Below, in pieces: positions 10,662-28,739 of a stretch of DNA of 64,000 nucleotides. This DNA comes from Raillietiella orientalis (lineage: Eukaryota), in assembly GCA_036172245.1 (NCBI GenBank), contig JAYWIR010000017.1, forward strand, positions 3,596,001-3,660,000, written 5' to 3'. A model generated the notes under the pieces. The model saw only the letters and a program-made list of their open reading frames with translations. It did not search any database and was not told the origin of the DNA. The translations under genes and the position numbers were made by a program. The stretch's first letter is position 1, and the number at the start of each line of letters is the position of its first letter.

Positions 10662-13600
10662 CTTTTTCTTTTTACACAATTGAAGCTCTAATTGAGGAAA
10701 ATGATTTTCCTCAATGAAGGCTTCAAATGATCAGTTTGGGCAAAAAGTGATCCATGTAGGATTGAACGCAATTCCTGGTCAACAGCTGGACGTTCCCAGA
10801 AAATCAAGAAAGAAATGCTTACCTGGTTTGTATGAATTTCTGGATAAGAAGGAAGAATTTTTGGAGCCATGGGAAAAGATGGGCGCTGTGCTCGCAAGTC
10901 AAGTTTTGTGAAATGACCGTTTCACACATTTTCAATTCCGTATAAAGGAGCTCAGAAGACGGCTTTGCTGGACTGTACTCTCAAAGCAAGAACAAATGAA
11001 GGAATTTACAAATGCCAGTACAATAGTATCCTGTGAGCAAGTGCTTGTGCTTTCTCATGGTGCAATGTGAACTGCCGTTTAAAGAAGCGTGTTGTTTAAA
11101 GAACGGAAACAATTCATTCCCCATGTTCAGGTTTGACCTTGTTATGGCACTGATGACAAGTACTGAGTATTCTCAATGCTCTTTCAAAATGTTGAGCCGA
11201 GTCGCGGGAATTTTGTTAGATTTTCAGCATAACAAAATTTCCATGGATTCCCACCAGCAGGACACTCCAGCAACCGGAGGAGGGGAAGATTTTCGAGATT
11301 TTTCATCTGTAAGATCTGCTACCATGATGATTCGTTACTATGGAGCTGAGCATGGCTGTTCCTTTCGTGCCAACGGCGCTCACATGCTGTGCCGCATGCA
11401 ATCTCTGAAAACGAATTCATTCATATTTTCATATTCGTTGATAATAAATATTCCTTTCTTAACCGAGATCAGAGCATCTCTTAGCTTATTCATCATTTTA
11501 AGCAGTTAAGAGGGCAGAGGTGCATTCCTAAACTGATTGAAATAAGGAGCAGCTCATTTTCTCTAAACTAAGTATCCTATACGTCTGAGAATTTCCTAAT
11601 TCTCTTTGATTTCCATATTGCCTTTCTTTTCATTTTGAAATGCCAGTACCGATAAATGTCAAAAATCCTGAGCTGATCATTGTAGTATCACTAATTCAAT
11701 ATTTCGTACTTTTTGTGAACTTACAGTGGCATTCACAAATTTCGTATGTTTTGTGTTCTCACAACTTGGCTAAATAACATCATGGCATAAGGTCTCATCA
11801 CCACGATGTAACACGCTGAAAACACAAGCAGAAAAAGCGGTTACGTGAAAATGAGATATTTTGTGCCCTTTTTTTTTTTTTTTTTTCAATATCTATTTCC
11901 TATTAAATTGTATCAGATATCATCTAGCTGCATGTTTTTAACGTTTCCAAGAAAACAAATTGAAAGGTTTTCAAGGTGTCGCCTTTCAGTAAAACGCCGT
12001 CTTCGAATAAAAGGAAACAGAACTGCACAGAATGTCCATTCGGGTTGCTTGGATATTTGACAATTTTCTAATTGCATAATTTGATTCTCTTACAGCTTTT
12101 TCCTTGCACGAGAGGAAACATCGTACTCTCTATTTCATTATGCTGTACTTGTTCTCGACCTTCATTGTGTTTCAAAAGGCAAGTTCCGCGTTCGTTTTCT
12201 TGTTTCATATTTTTTGTATTTCCTGTCAAAGTTTGCAAGTCTCAAGAAAACTGATCAGTGTTATCGAAATTTCTATAAAGAAATTGAAATTCTCGAGATT
12301 TTATATTTTGGAATTCATGTAGAGACGTTTTTCAAAATAAAAAAAAATTAGCAAACTCACAATGATAAAACTTGATAATTTTCCTAAACTGATTTCTAAA
12401 TTTTTTTATTAAACTCCTTACATTACCATAATGTCTTGGCTATTAGAAGGATCAAAAATCAATTCATGAGAAAATTAACGTAACGAAATTCGTAAAATAA
12501 GGAAAAATCTCATTTTTTCGGGCATTTTCCACTACTCAAATGCTGTTGCTAAACTTTCAGGTTCACTTCGAAGATAGCTGTTAAATTGTGGAAACTTTAG
12601 TGTTTCCGATCGTCTGCTCTCGTATCTGGGAAGGACACTTATTTCTTATTCACCTTAGCACTTTGAAGAAAATTTCAGTGTTTCATTAGTCTCATCAGCG
12701 GAGAAACCGTCCGTAGTCACCGTCCACAGTTTTGTTGGTGTTTTTATAGTACCAACAAAACGGCAAGTACATCGATCATTGTGATTAGATGGTATTTCGC
12801 TTGTCGAGAACTCGAACTCGAGAAACTGGAAGAGATTCCCGTTTTTATAAACTCAGCAGGCTGCCGATCGGTTAAAACTGCTTTCGAATGCATCCCCCTG
12901 GAAAATCGACCAAAAGAATAAATAGCGAATTCCGAGGTGATATGGGGAACGCTGATGAGCTCCGAGATTATGGATAAGGACATCTAAGGATTCAAATTGC
13001 AAAGAGATGAGCCAGTATTATAAACGTTCAAATCATAAAGATGAAATGAAAATTTCTCAATGAATATCCAAAAGTATTCTTAGGAATAAAGTCTTCCTAA
13101 GACTTAGATTCGAGTGGAATGAAATCCTCCCTTTATATCATACGAGTTACCATCACAATATACGATCCGTCAACAGTGTTGCCTTATTTTGAATGCATCT
13201 TTGTTTGCCTCTGTTACATGCATAGAAAATTTTTTTTATGCTTTTGTAGTATTCAATGAAATGATCGCTTTTTTTTTTTGTTTCCCATTTTGGAAATTAA
13301 GCATTTTGAAATTGGAACACAACAACGGAACTTTGCATTTCTTCGAGAAAATCTCCTAATCTCAAAACAGACAACTTGCAACGAAGTCAGAAAGGTCTCC
13401 TCTCAAAACATAATCAAGTTAAAACCTCGCATCGCAATTTGAGAAAACGAAAGAAACATAAAATCATGACTGCCTCAGCTTCAAATTGATGTTCAAAGCA
13501 ATTCACAGAACTGATGATTCTTTGAATAAAATGAAAATTTGAACATATTTACTCCTCCCCAAATAGGTTAATATTGTAATATACTAAGTTTGATATTATA

Positions 13601-14499
13601 ATAATATTTCGGGCTTTCCTCTGCATTGCTATTTCATGCAAGACCGAGAAACAAATCGGTTTCGAAAATGAGGAACCAGGAAGATCTATCCTAGTTCCAG
13701 ATTCGGTAGCAACGTTGCCAGCTTCTAAATGGGCTCAAAGAGTAGAATAATTGGTGTGAATAAGGAGCTGCTCCAGAATAACCCAACGCTCTCAAGCGTA
13801 GCAAAATCGAGTAATTTATTCTGAATGTTCGTTTGCTTCTTTACGTTATGTTTGCTAATTGCAGCACGTTGGGCTACTGGCAGTGGGCATGGAATTTTTA
13901 AATGCTTTTGATTGTCACTCGCAGAGTGGTGCTTTATTCAAATAATATGCATCCTGTGGAAGGAATTTGTAATTATTTGTAACATTCTCGTTGTTTCAGT
14001 TTCATAGAAGAGTTTCTCGTGTGTGGTACGCGCATTACGAGCAGATCAAATAAAGTGGATTTGTGCATTATGTATAGTGAGCACGTCCTGTGATTTAACG
14101 GCACGATGTTGAAGCCTTTGTCCCAAAGTTTGGAATGGTACAAACAGTGTAGAGGACATCGTTTTGAAAGTTCAAGCGGGAACTGGAGATAGAAAAGGTG
14201 TTTCGCAACCCCCTGCATTTGAAATCATTAATCAAATGCACTTACGATAAAATGCAGCACACAATGAGCAATCTTCGAACAGTCGTCCTTACAAAGGATG
14301 TTTGTGTTACACTTCATTGATCCAGTTTGTGAATTTGCTCTTGGATAAGAGGAAGCGATCTCATCGAAAGCAATTCATTTTCTATGTGTTGAGGGGTTGC
14401 AATGAGCAGGCTCACGTTAAATGTGTTCAGTTTATGGATGAATTGTTAGGGAATTTCTCTTATGATTTTAATGATAAGTGAATAGTTAAAAACGTAAGA

Positions 14500-16782
14500 A
14501 TGGATAAAAAGCGCGCTATGGATGAAGAGGTTGTTGAGGAGTCCAGAAGAAATAGGCGCAAAAAATCAAAAATTGAAGACAATGATGAATATAAATCAGA
14601 GAAGTACAGCTGCTCATCCCCAGGAATTATGGCCTTTGATAAAAAAAGCTATAAGTATCCAGATATAAAGAAGGAAAGCATTGAAAGTATTAGTATAGAA
14701 AGAATTGATAAGGAAGAAGATCCTGATGATTCTGAACATGATGACCCTACTGGCTTGGAAGGTGCTGCTTTTCAGAGCCGATTACCTTTTGATAAAATTA
14801 GTACTTTGGAAGCATTAAAATTCCCTGATATTGCGGAAGGTGCCCTTCAAACTCAAAAATTGTTTCTCTATTTGAGGAATAGAATTTTACAATTGTGGCT
14901 GGAAAACCCCAAGCAGCAGCTTTCATTAGAAATAGCTCAGAGTCAGATTGAACCTCCATACAATGCTGATGCCACACTTATTCAAAGAGTACATAGTTAT
15001 CTTGAAAGGCAAGGCTTGATTAACTTTGGGAATTTCAAATTGGTAAAACCAATGACTCAAAAAGCTGGAAAAGTTATTGTAATTGGTGCTGGAATTGCTG
15101 GATTATCAGCTGCCAGACAACTGCAACAGTTTGGGGTAGAAGTTGTAATTTTGGAAGCAAGAGATAGGGTTGGAGGAAGAATTGCTACTTTTCGGAAAGG
15201 AAGCTATGTTGCAGATTTGGGTGCTATGGTTGTAACTGGGTTGGGTGGAAATCCAGTAACAGTCTTATCCAAACAGATCAACATGGAACTGCATAAAATC
15301 AGGCAGAAATGCCCATTATATGAATCCAATGGGGGAACAGTACCCAAAGAAAAAGATGAAATGATTGAAAGAGAATTCAATCGTTTGTTGGAAGCTACGT
15401 CATATCTTTCACATCACCTTGACTTCAATTATATCAATGGCAAACCTATTTCATTGGGGCAAGCTTTGGAGTGGGTCATTAAACTTCAGGAAAAAGCCGT
15501 CAAAGAGAAACAAATCAAACATTCTCTATCGATTCTTGAATTGCAAGACAAATTAAAAGATGTGTTGCAAAGAATGGCTAAGTTGAATATCAAGGAACTT
15601 CATGCTAAAATCCAAGCATATGAAGAAAAGCACCCCCCTACAAGAACAGTGAATGAAGAGTTTTGTTTAAAAGTGATGATGAAAGATTTGAGTAGTTTAA
15701 TTGCAGAATATGATGCTTTAGCAGAACAGCAGAAAGAAATTGAACTAAAGCTTCAAGAATTGGAATCTTCTCCTCCAAGTGATGTGTATCTGTCTTCTCG
15801 AGATCGTCAGATATTAGACTGGCACTTTGCAAACTTGGAGTTTGCTAATGCTACTCCCCTAACAAACTTATCCTTAAAACATTGGGATCAAGATGATGAT
15901 TTTGAATTCACAGGCAGTCACTTGACAGTACGGAATGGTTATTCATGTGTACCAGTAGCCTTGGCAGAGAATTTGGATATTAAATTAAATACAGCTGTTC
16001 GCCAAATCCGATATAACAATAATGGTGTAGAAATTCTTACTTCAAATGCAAGAAATCATGCAAATCCTGTGACTTACAAAGTTGACGTAGTTCTCTGTAC
16101 TTTACCTTTAGGAGTACTAAAGCAATCAGTTTCTCCTGCAAATCAAGGATTACCAAATTCAGTTCATTTTATACCACCTCTCCCTGAATGGAAAACTGCA
16201 GCTATACAGAGACTGGGATTTGGAAATCTTAATAAAGTTGTTCTGTGTTTTGATCGTATCTTTTGGGATCCCAATTCCAATTTGTTTGGTCACATTGGAA
16301 GTACAACTGCAAGCAGAGGTGAATTATTTTTGTTCTGGACCCTATACAAAGCTCCTGTCTTAATTGCTTTGGTTGCTGGAGAAGCTGCAGCTGTAATGGA
16401 AAATATCAGTGATGATGTAGTTGTAGGACGCTGTGTTGCTGTACTGAAGGGTATTTTTGGAAACTGTGTTGTGCCTCAGCCTAAAGAATCAATAGTAACA
16501 CGATGGCGAGCTGACCCATGGTCAAGAGGTTCTTATTCATATGTCTCTGTTGGATCTACTGGTAATGATTATGACCTATTAGCAACACCAGTTTCTCCTC
16601 CCTCAAACACTCCATCACAGAATGGTCAAGAACAGAGCCCTCCCCGTGTTTTTTTTGCTGGAGAACATACTAATAGAAACTATCCAGCAACTGTGCATGG
16701 TGCAATGCTGAGTGGACTTCGAGAAGCAGGCAGAATCCTAGATCTCCTTTTGGGATGCCCATATAGTGCACCAAACAATTGA
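14500..16782 (+). CDS. KDM1A: Lysine-specific histone demethylase 1A (LSD1), 760 aa, intronless CDS
   Basis: SWIRM domain ([18 protein letters not shown]), FAD-binding [10 protein letters not shown] and EARDRVGGR, Tower coiled coil, [12 protein letters not shown], catalytic Lys in [11 protein letters not shown]-terminal [20 protein letters not shown]. Confidence 0.97.
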   Translation: MDKKRAMDEEVVEESRRNRRKKSKIEDNDEYKSEKYSCSSPGIMAFDKKSYKYPDIKKESIESISIERIDKEEDPDDSEHDDPTGLEGAAFQSRLPFDKISTLEALKFPDIAEGALQTQKLFLYLRNRILQLWLENPKQQLSLEIAQSQIEPPYNADATLIQRVHSYLERQGLINFGNFKLVKPMTQKAGKVIVIGAGIAGLSAARQLQQFGVEVVILEARDRVGGRIATFRKGSYVADLGAMVVTGLGGNPVTVLSKQINMELHKIRQKCPLYESNGGTVPKEKDEMIEREFNRLLEATSYLSHHLDFNYINGKPISLGQALEWVIKLQEKAVKEKQIKHSLSILELQDKLKDVLQRMAKLNIKELHAKIQAYEEKHPPTRTVNEEFCLKVMMKDLSSLIAEYDALAEQQKEIELKLQELESSPPSDVYLSSRDRQILDWHFANLEFANATPLTNLSLKHWDQDDDFEFTGSHLTVRNGYSCVPVALAENLDIKLNTAVRQIRYNNNGVEILTSNARNHANPVTYKVDVVLCTLPLGVLKQSVSPANQGLPNSVHFIPPLPEWKTAAIQRLGFGNLNKVVLCFDRIFWDPNSNLFGHIGSTTASRGELFLFWTLYKAPVLIALVAGEAAAVMENISDDVVVGRCVAVLKGIFGNCVVPQPKESIVTRWRADPWSRGSYSYVSVGSTGNDYDLLATPVSPPSNTPSQNGQEQSPPRVFFAGEHTNRNYPATVHGAMLSGLREAGRILDLLLGCPYSAPNN

Positions 16783-19061
16783 AAAAAATTATAGTTTTCA
16801 TCATTTTAGTTAACAATTAATGCCAGAACAAAGGCATCCTTCAGATGATTGTATGCCCTAATGGTTGCTTTCTGTTAATCTATGCAGTCTGCACATAATA
16901 TTTTTTTCAGTGACTTTCAGGTTCACCTATGGATTATTGTGATCTCAAATGTGTACAAAAATTAAAGATCAGCTTGAAAGTGACTTGTTGAAATGTTTGT
17001 TTTTTACAAAAAATTTCTATTGTATTTTTTGAGCAATCTGAGGATTTTTTTCGATGGCCCAATTTCTTCGTTGTTTTATGCATTGAGTAATCAATGTTTA
17101 GTAGCATTCAGTTACATGCCCGTAATGCTTTCTGTTGAAATAAAAAATTTTTTATTAAATTTGTTAACATCAGTGTCCAGTTTTCTTATTTTAACCATTT
17201 TTACGTTACGTGATGCATACATGAAAATTGAACGTTTACCAGGTAAAAAAACTGGGCCAAAATATACAAAGACGTGAAATGTCTTCCTGGTATCAGGTTA
17301 AAGAGTTTGCCAGAAAAACCGATCACGAGAGTTCGTGTATACAACCGTCATGCTTTCAGAAATCTCTTAAACCAAAAAACTGTATCACAAGTAGAAATTA
17401 AGGTACATAATAATGCGCTTATATTATTTATTTGTTTTTATGTTTCCTCCAAGGGTTTCGAATTCAAGCAAAGTGCTTATTTTACCCGTGTGTTTCGTGC
17501 AGCATCTAACCAAAAAGAATTGTTGGGAGGACCTTGGGTTTTTTTTCCTTTGCAGCACCCACCAGATCGTTTCATCCATCCGTGTGATCACAGATGCGGG
17601 TCCACACTTTGCAGAGCTTGGTACAAATAACACGATCATATCGTTTTTTTGTGTGTGTTTTTTAATATTACACGTTAGTTGGTTCATTCAGTTTCATGTG
17701 TTAATTAGGCTACTTCACAAGATCTGTTTGAAAGATTTGGCTGCGAAGAACATTTCTAAGTATTCTTTCCAATCACTTGATTCTGACTATTAGGAGCAAA
17801 GAATATTTTGTCTTTTCCAAATAAAAGTTGGCACTGGAAACGAATGAAGGTTGCTGCATTTCAGTTGTATAAAAAAAAAAAAAAAAAAGGATATTTCTTG
17901 GGATTACTAATGCAATAAGTCACTAACAGGGATTTTGCTTCGTGCTTCCAAAGCTCAAAACATCAAGTGCCTTGAGAAAGTGTTGGTTAACCTTTCATCA
18001 AGACCAAGCAAATGAAAGCACGAAATGCCGACTTAAAAATGAAATCATCGATTGGTGATTCGAATCTTTTTTTTCTTCTAGTGTTTCGGACTTATTTTCT
18101 GATGCCGAAATTAAGTTTAAAATCCAATATAGTAACCAAAACAAGGAAACAGCTGCATATCAAACAATAGCTCTCGGAAACAAATCCAAAATGCCAAATC
18201 CAACTAAAATTTCTGTTTAAGAATACTAGTTAGTCTTCTGATACAGCAGTATGATACTCTCATTGTATTCCATTTTATGCTTATTATTTTCTATCTCTCT
18301 GCTTCCTTCCTTATAGCATTTAAAAGTGAGTTCCTGCTGTTGTGTTTATACGTCTGTCTGCATACCAAACTGTCACCGTTTGGGCAGTTTTTTAATAGGA
18401 TTATGTTTAGATTTTGCATTAATAAAGCTTGTACTAAGCCACCATTTGCTGAAGTTGCACAGTATGGTGATGGTAAATGAAGTATGCAGTGAGTATGATT
18501 GCTTCGATTTGATCAATTTAACTTTTTGTGAGGACTTGTCTTAGATCCGCATCACAGATATGCATAATCGAATAAAATTAATGGTTATTCTAAATTTATG
18601 AAATCATTTTCGATTAGACATTCCACTAGTCTTACTCCAAACATATACTTATTCCATGCAATACAGGCATTTAGTATTAAATACATACAAGTGGCGAACC
18701 TAGTTAAAATTTCGTGCATTATGTTGATTTACTAAACTGATCTAACCCTCTTGAATTGGACCTAAATTGAGTAAGTGAATTCTACCACCTTAATCAATTT
18801 CATTTCATATATTTTCGGATATCATCCCTTCCTTATTTACCAATATAACCATAAGAAAGGTTTTTGCCATTGGCTTCAAATTGTACACAATTTTTTTTGT
18901 CTTCATCCTAGTTTTTTTTAATCCTAATCATGCTGCTGTGTTTCGTGGAATCGAAAATGTGGACTCATTTGCAAAGCCTGGCTCTCATTTCAATCGGTTT
19001 TTCTCGAAAATGATCAATGTCGTTATCATGAATATTTTTTATGCTTAAAGTTTAATTGCTT

Positions 19062-19232
19062 AGGGTGATTTGTTATTGTAGTTATTTTTTTGTGTATAAT
19101 GATGTTAGTGTGGTGAAAATGTAAGCTTGAATGAAAGCTATAGTAATTTCTAGGATTATGATGGGGATGGATGGAATGAGGTTTGTGAGTTTATTTGATA
19201 GCATAATAATGAGGATTCCACTAGAGATGTCT
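19062..19232 (-). other. NUMT spanning the atp6 3' end and cox3 start
   Basis: LEIT.AFIQAYIFTTLTSLYTKK* is the ATP6 C-terminus (stop 19082-19084). After a 5-nt spacer, ATA ACA AAT CAC CCT = MTNHP is the COX3 start, in the usual atp6-cox3 order. Confidence 0.85.
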
Positions 19233-19386
19233 AATAATTGATTCTTGCAATAAAGCATAAGTACGAATGACGTTGTTCGTTTTATTAGTACACATGTGGG
19301 ACACTTGTCTGCTCGTTTTCCAATGACGCTCACTTCTGCCCATAAAGTGGCACCTTTCTTTCTCATATGCTTTCGTTTTCTTATTC

Positions 19387-21854
19387 CAGGTGTGTCACAC
19401 TCATCTCAACCACGGGTCATTTAAGGCGATTGTAAGTTATGGTAATGGTAAGATTCACGCGGGCCACATCACATTTACAAATTTTCTTAAAATTATAGTT
19501 TGAAGTGAGGATTCAGGAATAGAAATAGGATAGTTAAAACACATTATGTAATTAAGTGAATTTCGTGTAATGATGTATAATTGCTATATTATTGCTTTTA
19601 CTTAAACATTTATTTAATTTAATGTGTTTATAAAACATGAAATTTCATTTTTTTTTACCAGAAACTGGCCAGAGCTTTCCTCCTACTACCTTTTCGATAT
19701 CTGGATTCAAAGATTGAGAACAAACAATCTTCATTGTGACAGACAGATGTCGATCAGTTAATCTTGATCTGCAAGCCGTTTTATTGCATTTTATGCACGA
19801 AATTTCATGCACTCACACAAGTACGTACTCCCAAAATAGCATAAAATTTGTGCAGCAAACTTTTTCATTTCCGGTTATTTTTCACCTAAACAAGAATATG
19901 TTTTGGAAATTCCTACTTCTCGATATTTGTCTTTTAAAACCGAATCATTCTGGAAATCAATTGATTCCAGTTGTATCGAAGTGGGGGCTTTTTCCGCCTC
20001 AAAGGGAAAAAGATTAATAAAAAGAGAAAAAAATTCTTGCAACTCTCTGAAATCCTGCAAACGTTTATCAAATTCGTTTTTAATTTCTTCAATTTTATCA
20101 CAATATTGTGAAAACGAGCAACTTTGACTTTGAGCTTTTAACTGCTCACACGTAGGAAAATACATCAAAACGTTTTTTTGTAAGTGATTTTTAAACAAAG
20201 GCAGTTTTTGTACAAAACTTGCTATTGTATCGTACATATGCGTTATTAATTGGTCTTTGCCTTGCCATGTAATATTAAGACTGTTCAGATGACCTGTAAT
20301 ATATGTTAAAAATGCCGGGTTCCACAAAGGATTTTTATCACCGATATATTTTCGTTCTTTTCATCTTTCATTTCAAGAAATACTATAATTTCCTCCAAAA
20401 GTAGACATGTCTTCAGGACTTTGTGGAAGGACAACCAACGAACTTCCGTGTAACAAGGAAGATCTTCGAATTCGGATTCTGAATCTTTAAGGAACGAAGT
20501 AAATTGGAGATGGTTAAGTGATCTCGATCGGATAAAGTGGACTGTCTTTCTTACTGTTTTAAGTACTTCGTCCATTTTTCATATTTTTAAACAGAGAACT
20601 TGTTGCTGAATAAGACAATGGAAAACCCTGATTTTCGGTTTATCTGAGTATTCATCTTGTAATTTTCCTGTTAGTCTTGACAGAAATCCTTTCGTTTCAA
20701 CCGTCATCGATTTGGTGCCGTCAGTTGTTGTTACAGAAGCAAGCCTGTCAAGAAGCCTCAATTTTTCTAAAATGCTCCATACGGCACCAAAAGTACCTTC
20801 TATTTACTCTTCACCAGTTGTAGTTCCGTGAAGAAGATTCAAATTTCAGACTCTTCGGTGATCCTCATGTTGTCATCACAACCACGGAAAAAAACAGCAA
20901 CTTGTGCAACATCTCTTACATCCATGCATTCATCAATAGCAATTGAAAAGAACTGGACTTTGGTAGATATTTGCTGTAGTTGTGAACTGTTATTTCAGTA
21001 ATTCTGTCTGCCACCGTGTTTTTTGATATCATATATCTAGAAATGTCTGTACAGACTTTTGTGGACACGAATTCGACAGCTTTTATCATACATTCCTTGA
21101 TTAAAGAACCATCGGTGGATGATTTTGAACGTTTTGCTAATAAATAGCCTATTTCGTGACTAGCTCTCGTAAGAGTCCGAGGGAGGACTGATTCATTACT
21201 TTTCGTGAATTTTGTAAGCACTCGTTGCTGGCTGTGAAGTGAATTCTTCCTTGTTTTTCATTTTTCTTCTCTTATATTTCCTCCGAAGCACGAAAATTAT
21301 TCTTCGTGATTAGTGCTGTAATGCCGCTTCATGTATTCTTTAGCGACACGAATTGATTCTTTGCAAATTAAGCACGTAATTTTATTGCTCATTTCCACAC
21401 AAAAATAGTTCAGCTCTCACCTTCCTTGAAATCTTCCCTCCTCATCAATCTTCCCTCGTTTTTATTTAGCGTTGAAAGTAATATTGTCTGTATGAAAAAT
21501 AGGAGTTTAATCTAAATTTTTAAAATTCAAACAACCGCAACTACTTACATGTTTTTTAAAATAAGTTATAAAAGAAACAACCCACAAATCTTTGGCACGC
21601 CAAAAGGGGCAAAGAAACTTGCGCAAATGCCTTTCGTTAAAATTATAAGAAAATGTAACAAAAACTCAGTTTATTTCTAACGCTGCATTTGGCATTTCCA
21701 CTGGTCTCCCACGGTTGATCGGTGCATCATAGCAGATGCTATAGCAACAACGCGACGGTTACTCGCCACTTTCTTCGGAACATATTGCTGTTGTTTTTCC
21801 ATTTTATTTCAGATCATCGCGGGCCACATGCGGCCCGCCAGTTTGACACCCCTG
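19387..21854 (-). mobile_element. hAT DNA transposon (SPIN/Buster/GTF2IRD2-like) with pseudogenised transposase
   Basis: TIRs CAGGTGTGTCACACT / AGTTTGACACCCCTG, with perfect 8-bp TSD TCTTATTC at 19379-19386 and 21855-21862. Transposase fragments: LLAKRSKS.TDG.LIKECM, SIAIDE, TTDG.KSM, FHCLIQQQVLC, EVRWLS, IQLESIDFQ. Confidence 0.92.
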
Positions 21855-23325
21855 TCTTATTCGAACGAATTTTGCTCCTGATGCACGTTTTGCTTTGACA
21901 CTTACTACTTTTGTGAAAACTTCCGTTCTACTATCAAACTGCTCGCAGTACCAATCTTCTCCCAAAGAAGGCATTTTCAATGTGCTGATCGGAAACGGTA
22001 AAAAGTCAAATTACGTGCATCACATTTAAATTTATATAAAACGTAGGGTGCGAATATTTTTGGCTGGTTCAAATCCAATGCGTCATTTTTTCATTATATT
22101 GTTTGACTTTTCAGTATTACAAATGCAAGGTCTCAATGAAATAAACAGCAAGGCAAAGCATCGCGACAAAAATGATCTTAGTCGCAGAAAATGTACGAAC
22201 ATACCTATATTTTAATTTATTATTAATGTACGAATGTACCTACGTCTATATTTTTCTATACGAATATATCTTGTGAATATGAATGAATGGATGAGCAACA
22301 GTTTCAGGCCAACAACAAATGCGTTTCCTTTTAATAGCAGCTCTTTCAAAGCAATCCCGAATCCATGAATGGTGGATCACGCACCATCCTTGATATTAAT
22401 TTTAGGGAAAATCATTCCGTATCCGAATGTCGCTGAACCCGAAAGCTCATTTCTCATTCCAATGAATTGTTGAATAAATTAAAAAATAAGTTGGGAGCGG
22501 ATTGTATGCAGCGAATTTCATTGCCAATAAAAATTATTTACGAATAAATTTGGAAGAAAATTAAAAAAGCATGGAACGCTTATGTTTAAAATATCTAACA
22601 GATGATGATGCTACGAAGAAAAAACAGAGAGAGAGAGGAATCAGAGTTTACAGCTGTTGAAAGACTACGAAAAGTAGTCTCAAATTACAAGAGTAATCTG
22701 GTGCATTGGAAAGGAAAAAAAATACGACTCATCATCACCAACAAAACATAAATTCCCTCATGCACCATAGGGCTTCTGACTATGTGAATGAACAAAGAGA
22801 AAATCACTTGAGAGAAAGAGAAAAAAATGTTCATACACTGTTTAACTTAGATGCTGATTAAACCAAAAATGTGCTCTTCATGTGAATCTAATATGCATAA
22901 AAGTGGCTGCACACCAAACTCAAGAATTGGCAGTGATTACCATGTACATGTGCTTAGCTTAATGATAGGCATGGTATGCAAGCTTTATAAAGTGAATCTT
23001 AATAAATGGCAACAAACCTGAAATTCTATACCCATTTTGAAATATGGGTCTAAACATTGCTCACACTTGAGGCCTTCAAAAGATCAAAATATAATCCCTC
23101 TGGATTAATAAATGAAAAGACGAAAACATTTTGTTTCCTTTATTCAACACAAGTATATGGCTCTCTTGTACACAATCTTAAAAATTTCTTTATTAATCCT
23201 TCACGGGTGTACATATATAAGGAATGAATAAAAGTTACATGAATGAATACATAATACCAATGGCATGAAACTGATATCAACAATTTTGAAAAATTAATAT
23301 TCATATTATTTAGACCTTAAATGAG

Positions 23326-26751
<3,426 letters not shown>

Positions 26752-27400
26752 TATGATGGGATTTCCATAAAGCTGACGTTACACATGTTTCGACGATGAT
26801 TTCAACACATACACTGTATATAGAGAATCTTTGTTTGTATAGATTAAAAAATATACAAAGTAATCACTCTTTCATCACAGACAGGAACACTTGCACCCAT
26901 CTTCGGACCTACATCTGTTTTCAAGAGCGAATCTTCAAACCTTGTCCCTCCTCCGTTTTTCAGAATCAGTGTTACAACAATGTTCTGCATTTTCACATGC
27001 TAAGATGAATAAGATTTTTCTACGAAAATATCGATCTACTCTGTCATCTTCCGAATATAAAAAGCAAGAAAACGATACTATTTGAAATGAAAAATGAAAA
27101 CTATGTATTATGACGTAGTAAGAAAACTTGGAAATATGAAGGGAAAAATGTATTTCGAATTCATCTCGAATATCTTGCTTCAAAAGCAAAACTCCAGAAT
27201 ACTTTTGGATAAGCCTTATTTAACAAATTAATGATACCTTGCACATAAAATTAGTAATGAAACATATCTAATATTATACATGAAATTACAAGCTCTTTGT
27301 GCTTTGAATGAGGACCATTTTTAGGAACAATTTTGGTATGCGCTGCTTTATTTTCACGATAAATCGAAAATGCATATTTGAAAATTCCAAATAGTTATTC

Positions 27401-27592
<192 letters not shown>

Positions 27593-28739
27593 TGTTTTGC
27601 CCAGTGCTACAAGCAGTGCAGTGAAGTCGATAATGAACCACCAACAGATCTGAAACTTTTAATTTCAGTATTCAAGCTCTGATGATTTAAACTCACAACA
27701 TCAGAGAATGAATTATCCACAGACATGGGTAACTCGTGCATTGTAATTTTTTTACTAATTTCTGTCATGAATAACTCTTAGAGCAGAGATTTAGAAATTC
27801 ATTTGCTCTTCAAATCATTGAACTGGATAGCATGGTGTAGTTCGGAGACAAAAAAAAATGTAAATTTTCGTAAGGGTCTGTCTTAATAATTAATAAACTC
27901 AAGAATTGCTTTTCATCCTTAATGAATGTATAGTTCAAAGTAACTACAAAATGGAAAATTTCAGATACATTTGTTTGCTGAGTGTGAAACCATTCTAAAG
28001 GTTATTCACAAGGCAAAGTATACTTTTGTTTCTGTGTCCACTTCATATGTATACATTTTATATGTACATAATGCCTTGAAACATTAAACTATAGGCATTA
28101 AATATGGTATTTCAAAATTTCAGTATTCTAACTTCATTATACTTTTATGAGATGAGTGTTTTGGAAAATAAATTAATTTTATTCTAACATGGTGGACTAT
28201 AATTCTAACAAAGTATACTTTAAATATGTTCACATAGGTGCGTTGAGAAATTTATCAGTGTTCTTTAAAGAAAACGATGCCTCCAAAAAGCAACTATTAT
28301 ATGTTTGTTAACAAACATTCTCATTTATAGGTGAATTGTATTTGCAAACAAAATTATGATGAACAGAATAATGACGGATGATTGTGATGCCTTATTTAAA
28401 ATGCTCTCATGTTTTTAAATTAGAAATTTGGTAATACCAACGTACATATAAACAAAGCTAATAGATAAGGCTCGACTTGCCATCACTTGAAATTCCTTTG
28501 CAGGTTGCATCTTTACAATTCTGAACTAGCAGAATCTCAAGGGACTACTGTGTTCTGAATTCAAATAACATGAATGTCGTATAAATAGTGAATCAATGAA
28601 ACTTCTGTCGGTAAAAAGTTCGACTAAATGCTTCAAACAATAAAGTGCAGTTCGTATTCTGTTTTTACAAACTTTCTAATAACAACATTTGAAATTTGTC
28701 AGTCTAAAAATTTTGTTAAAGTTTCTTCTTTTTTCTTCA

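Noticed and set aside
10690..11510. Possible DNA-transposon or coding remnant
   Set aside because: No diagnostic motif, TIR or TSD could be identified.
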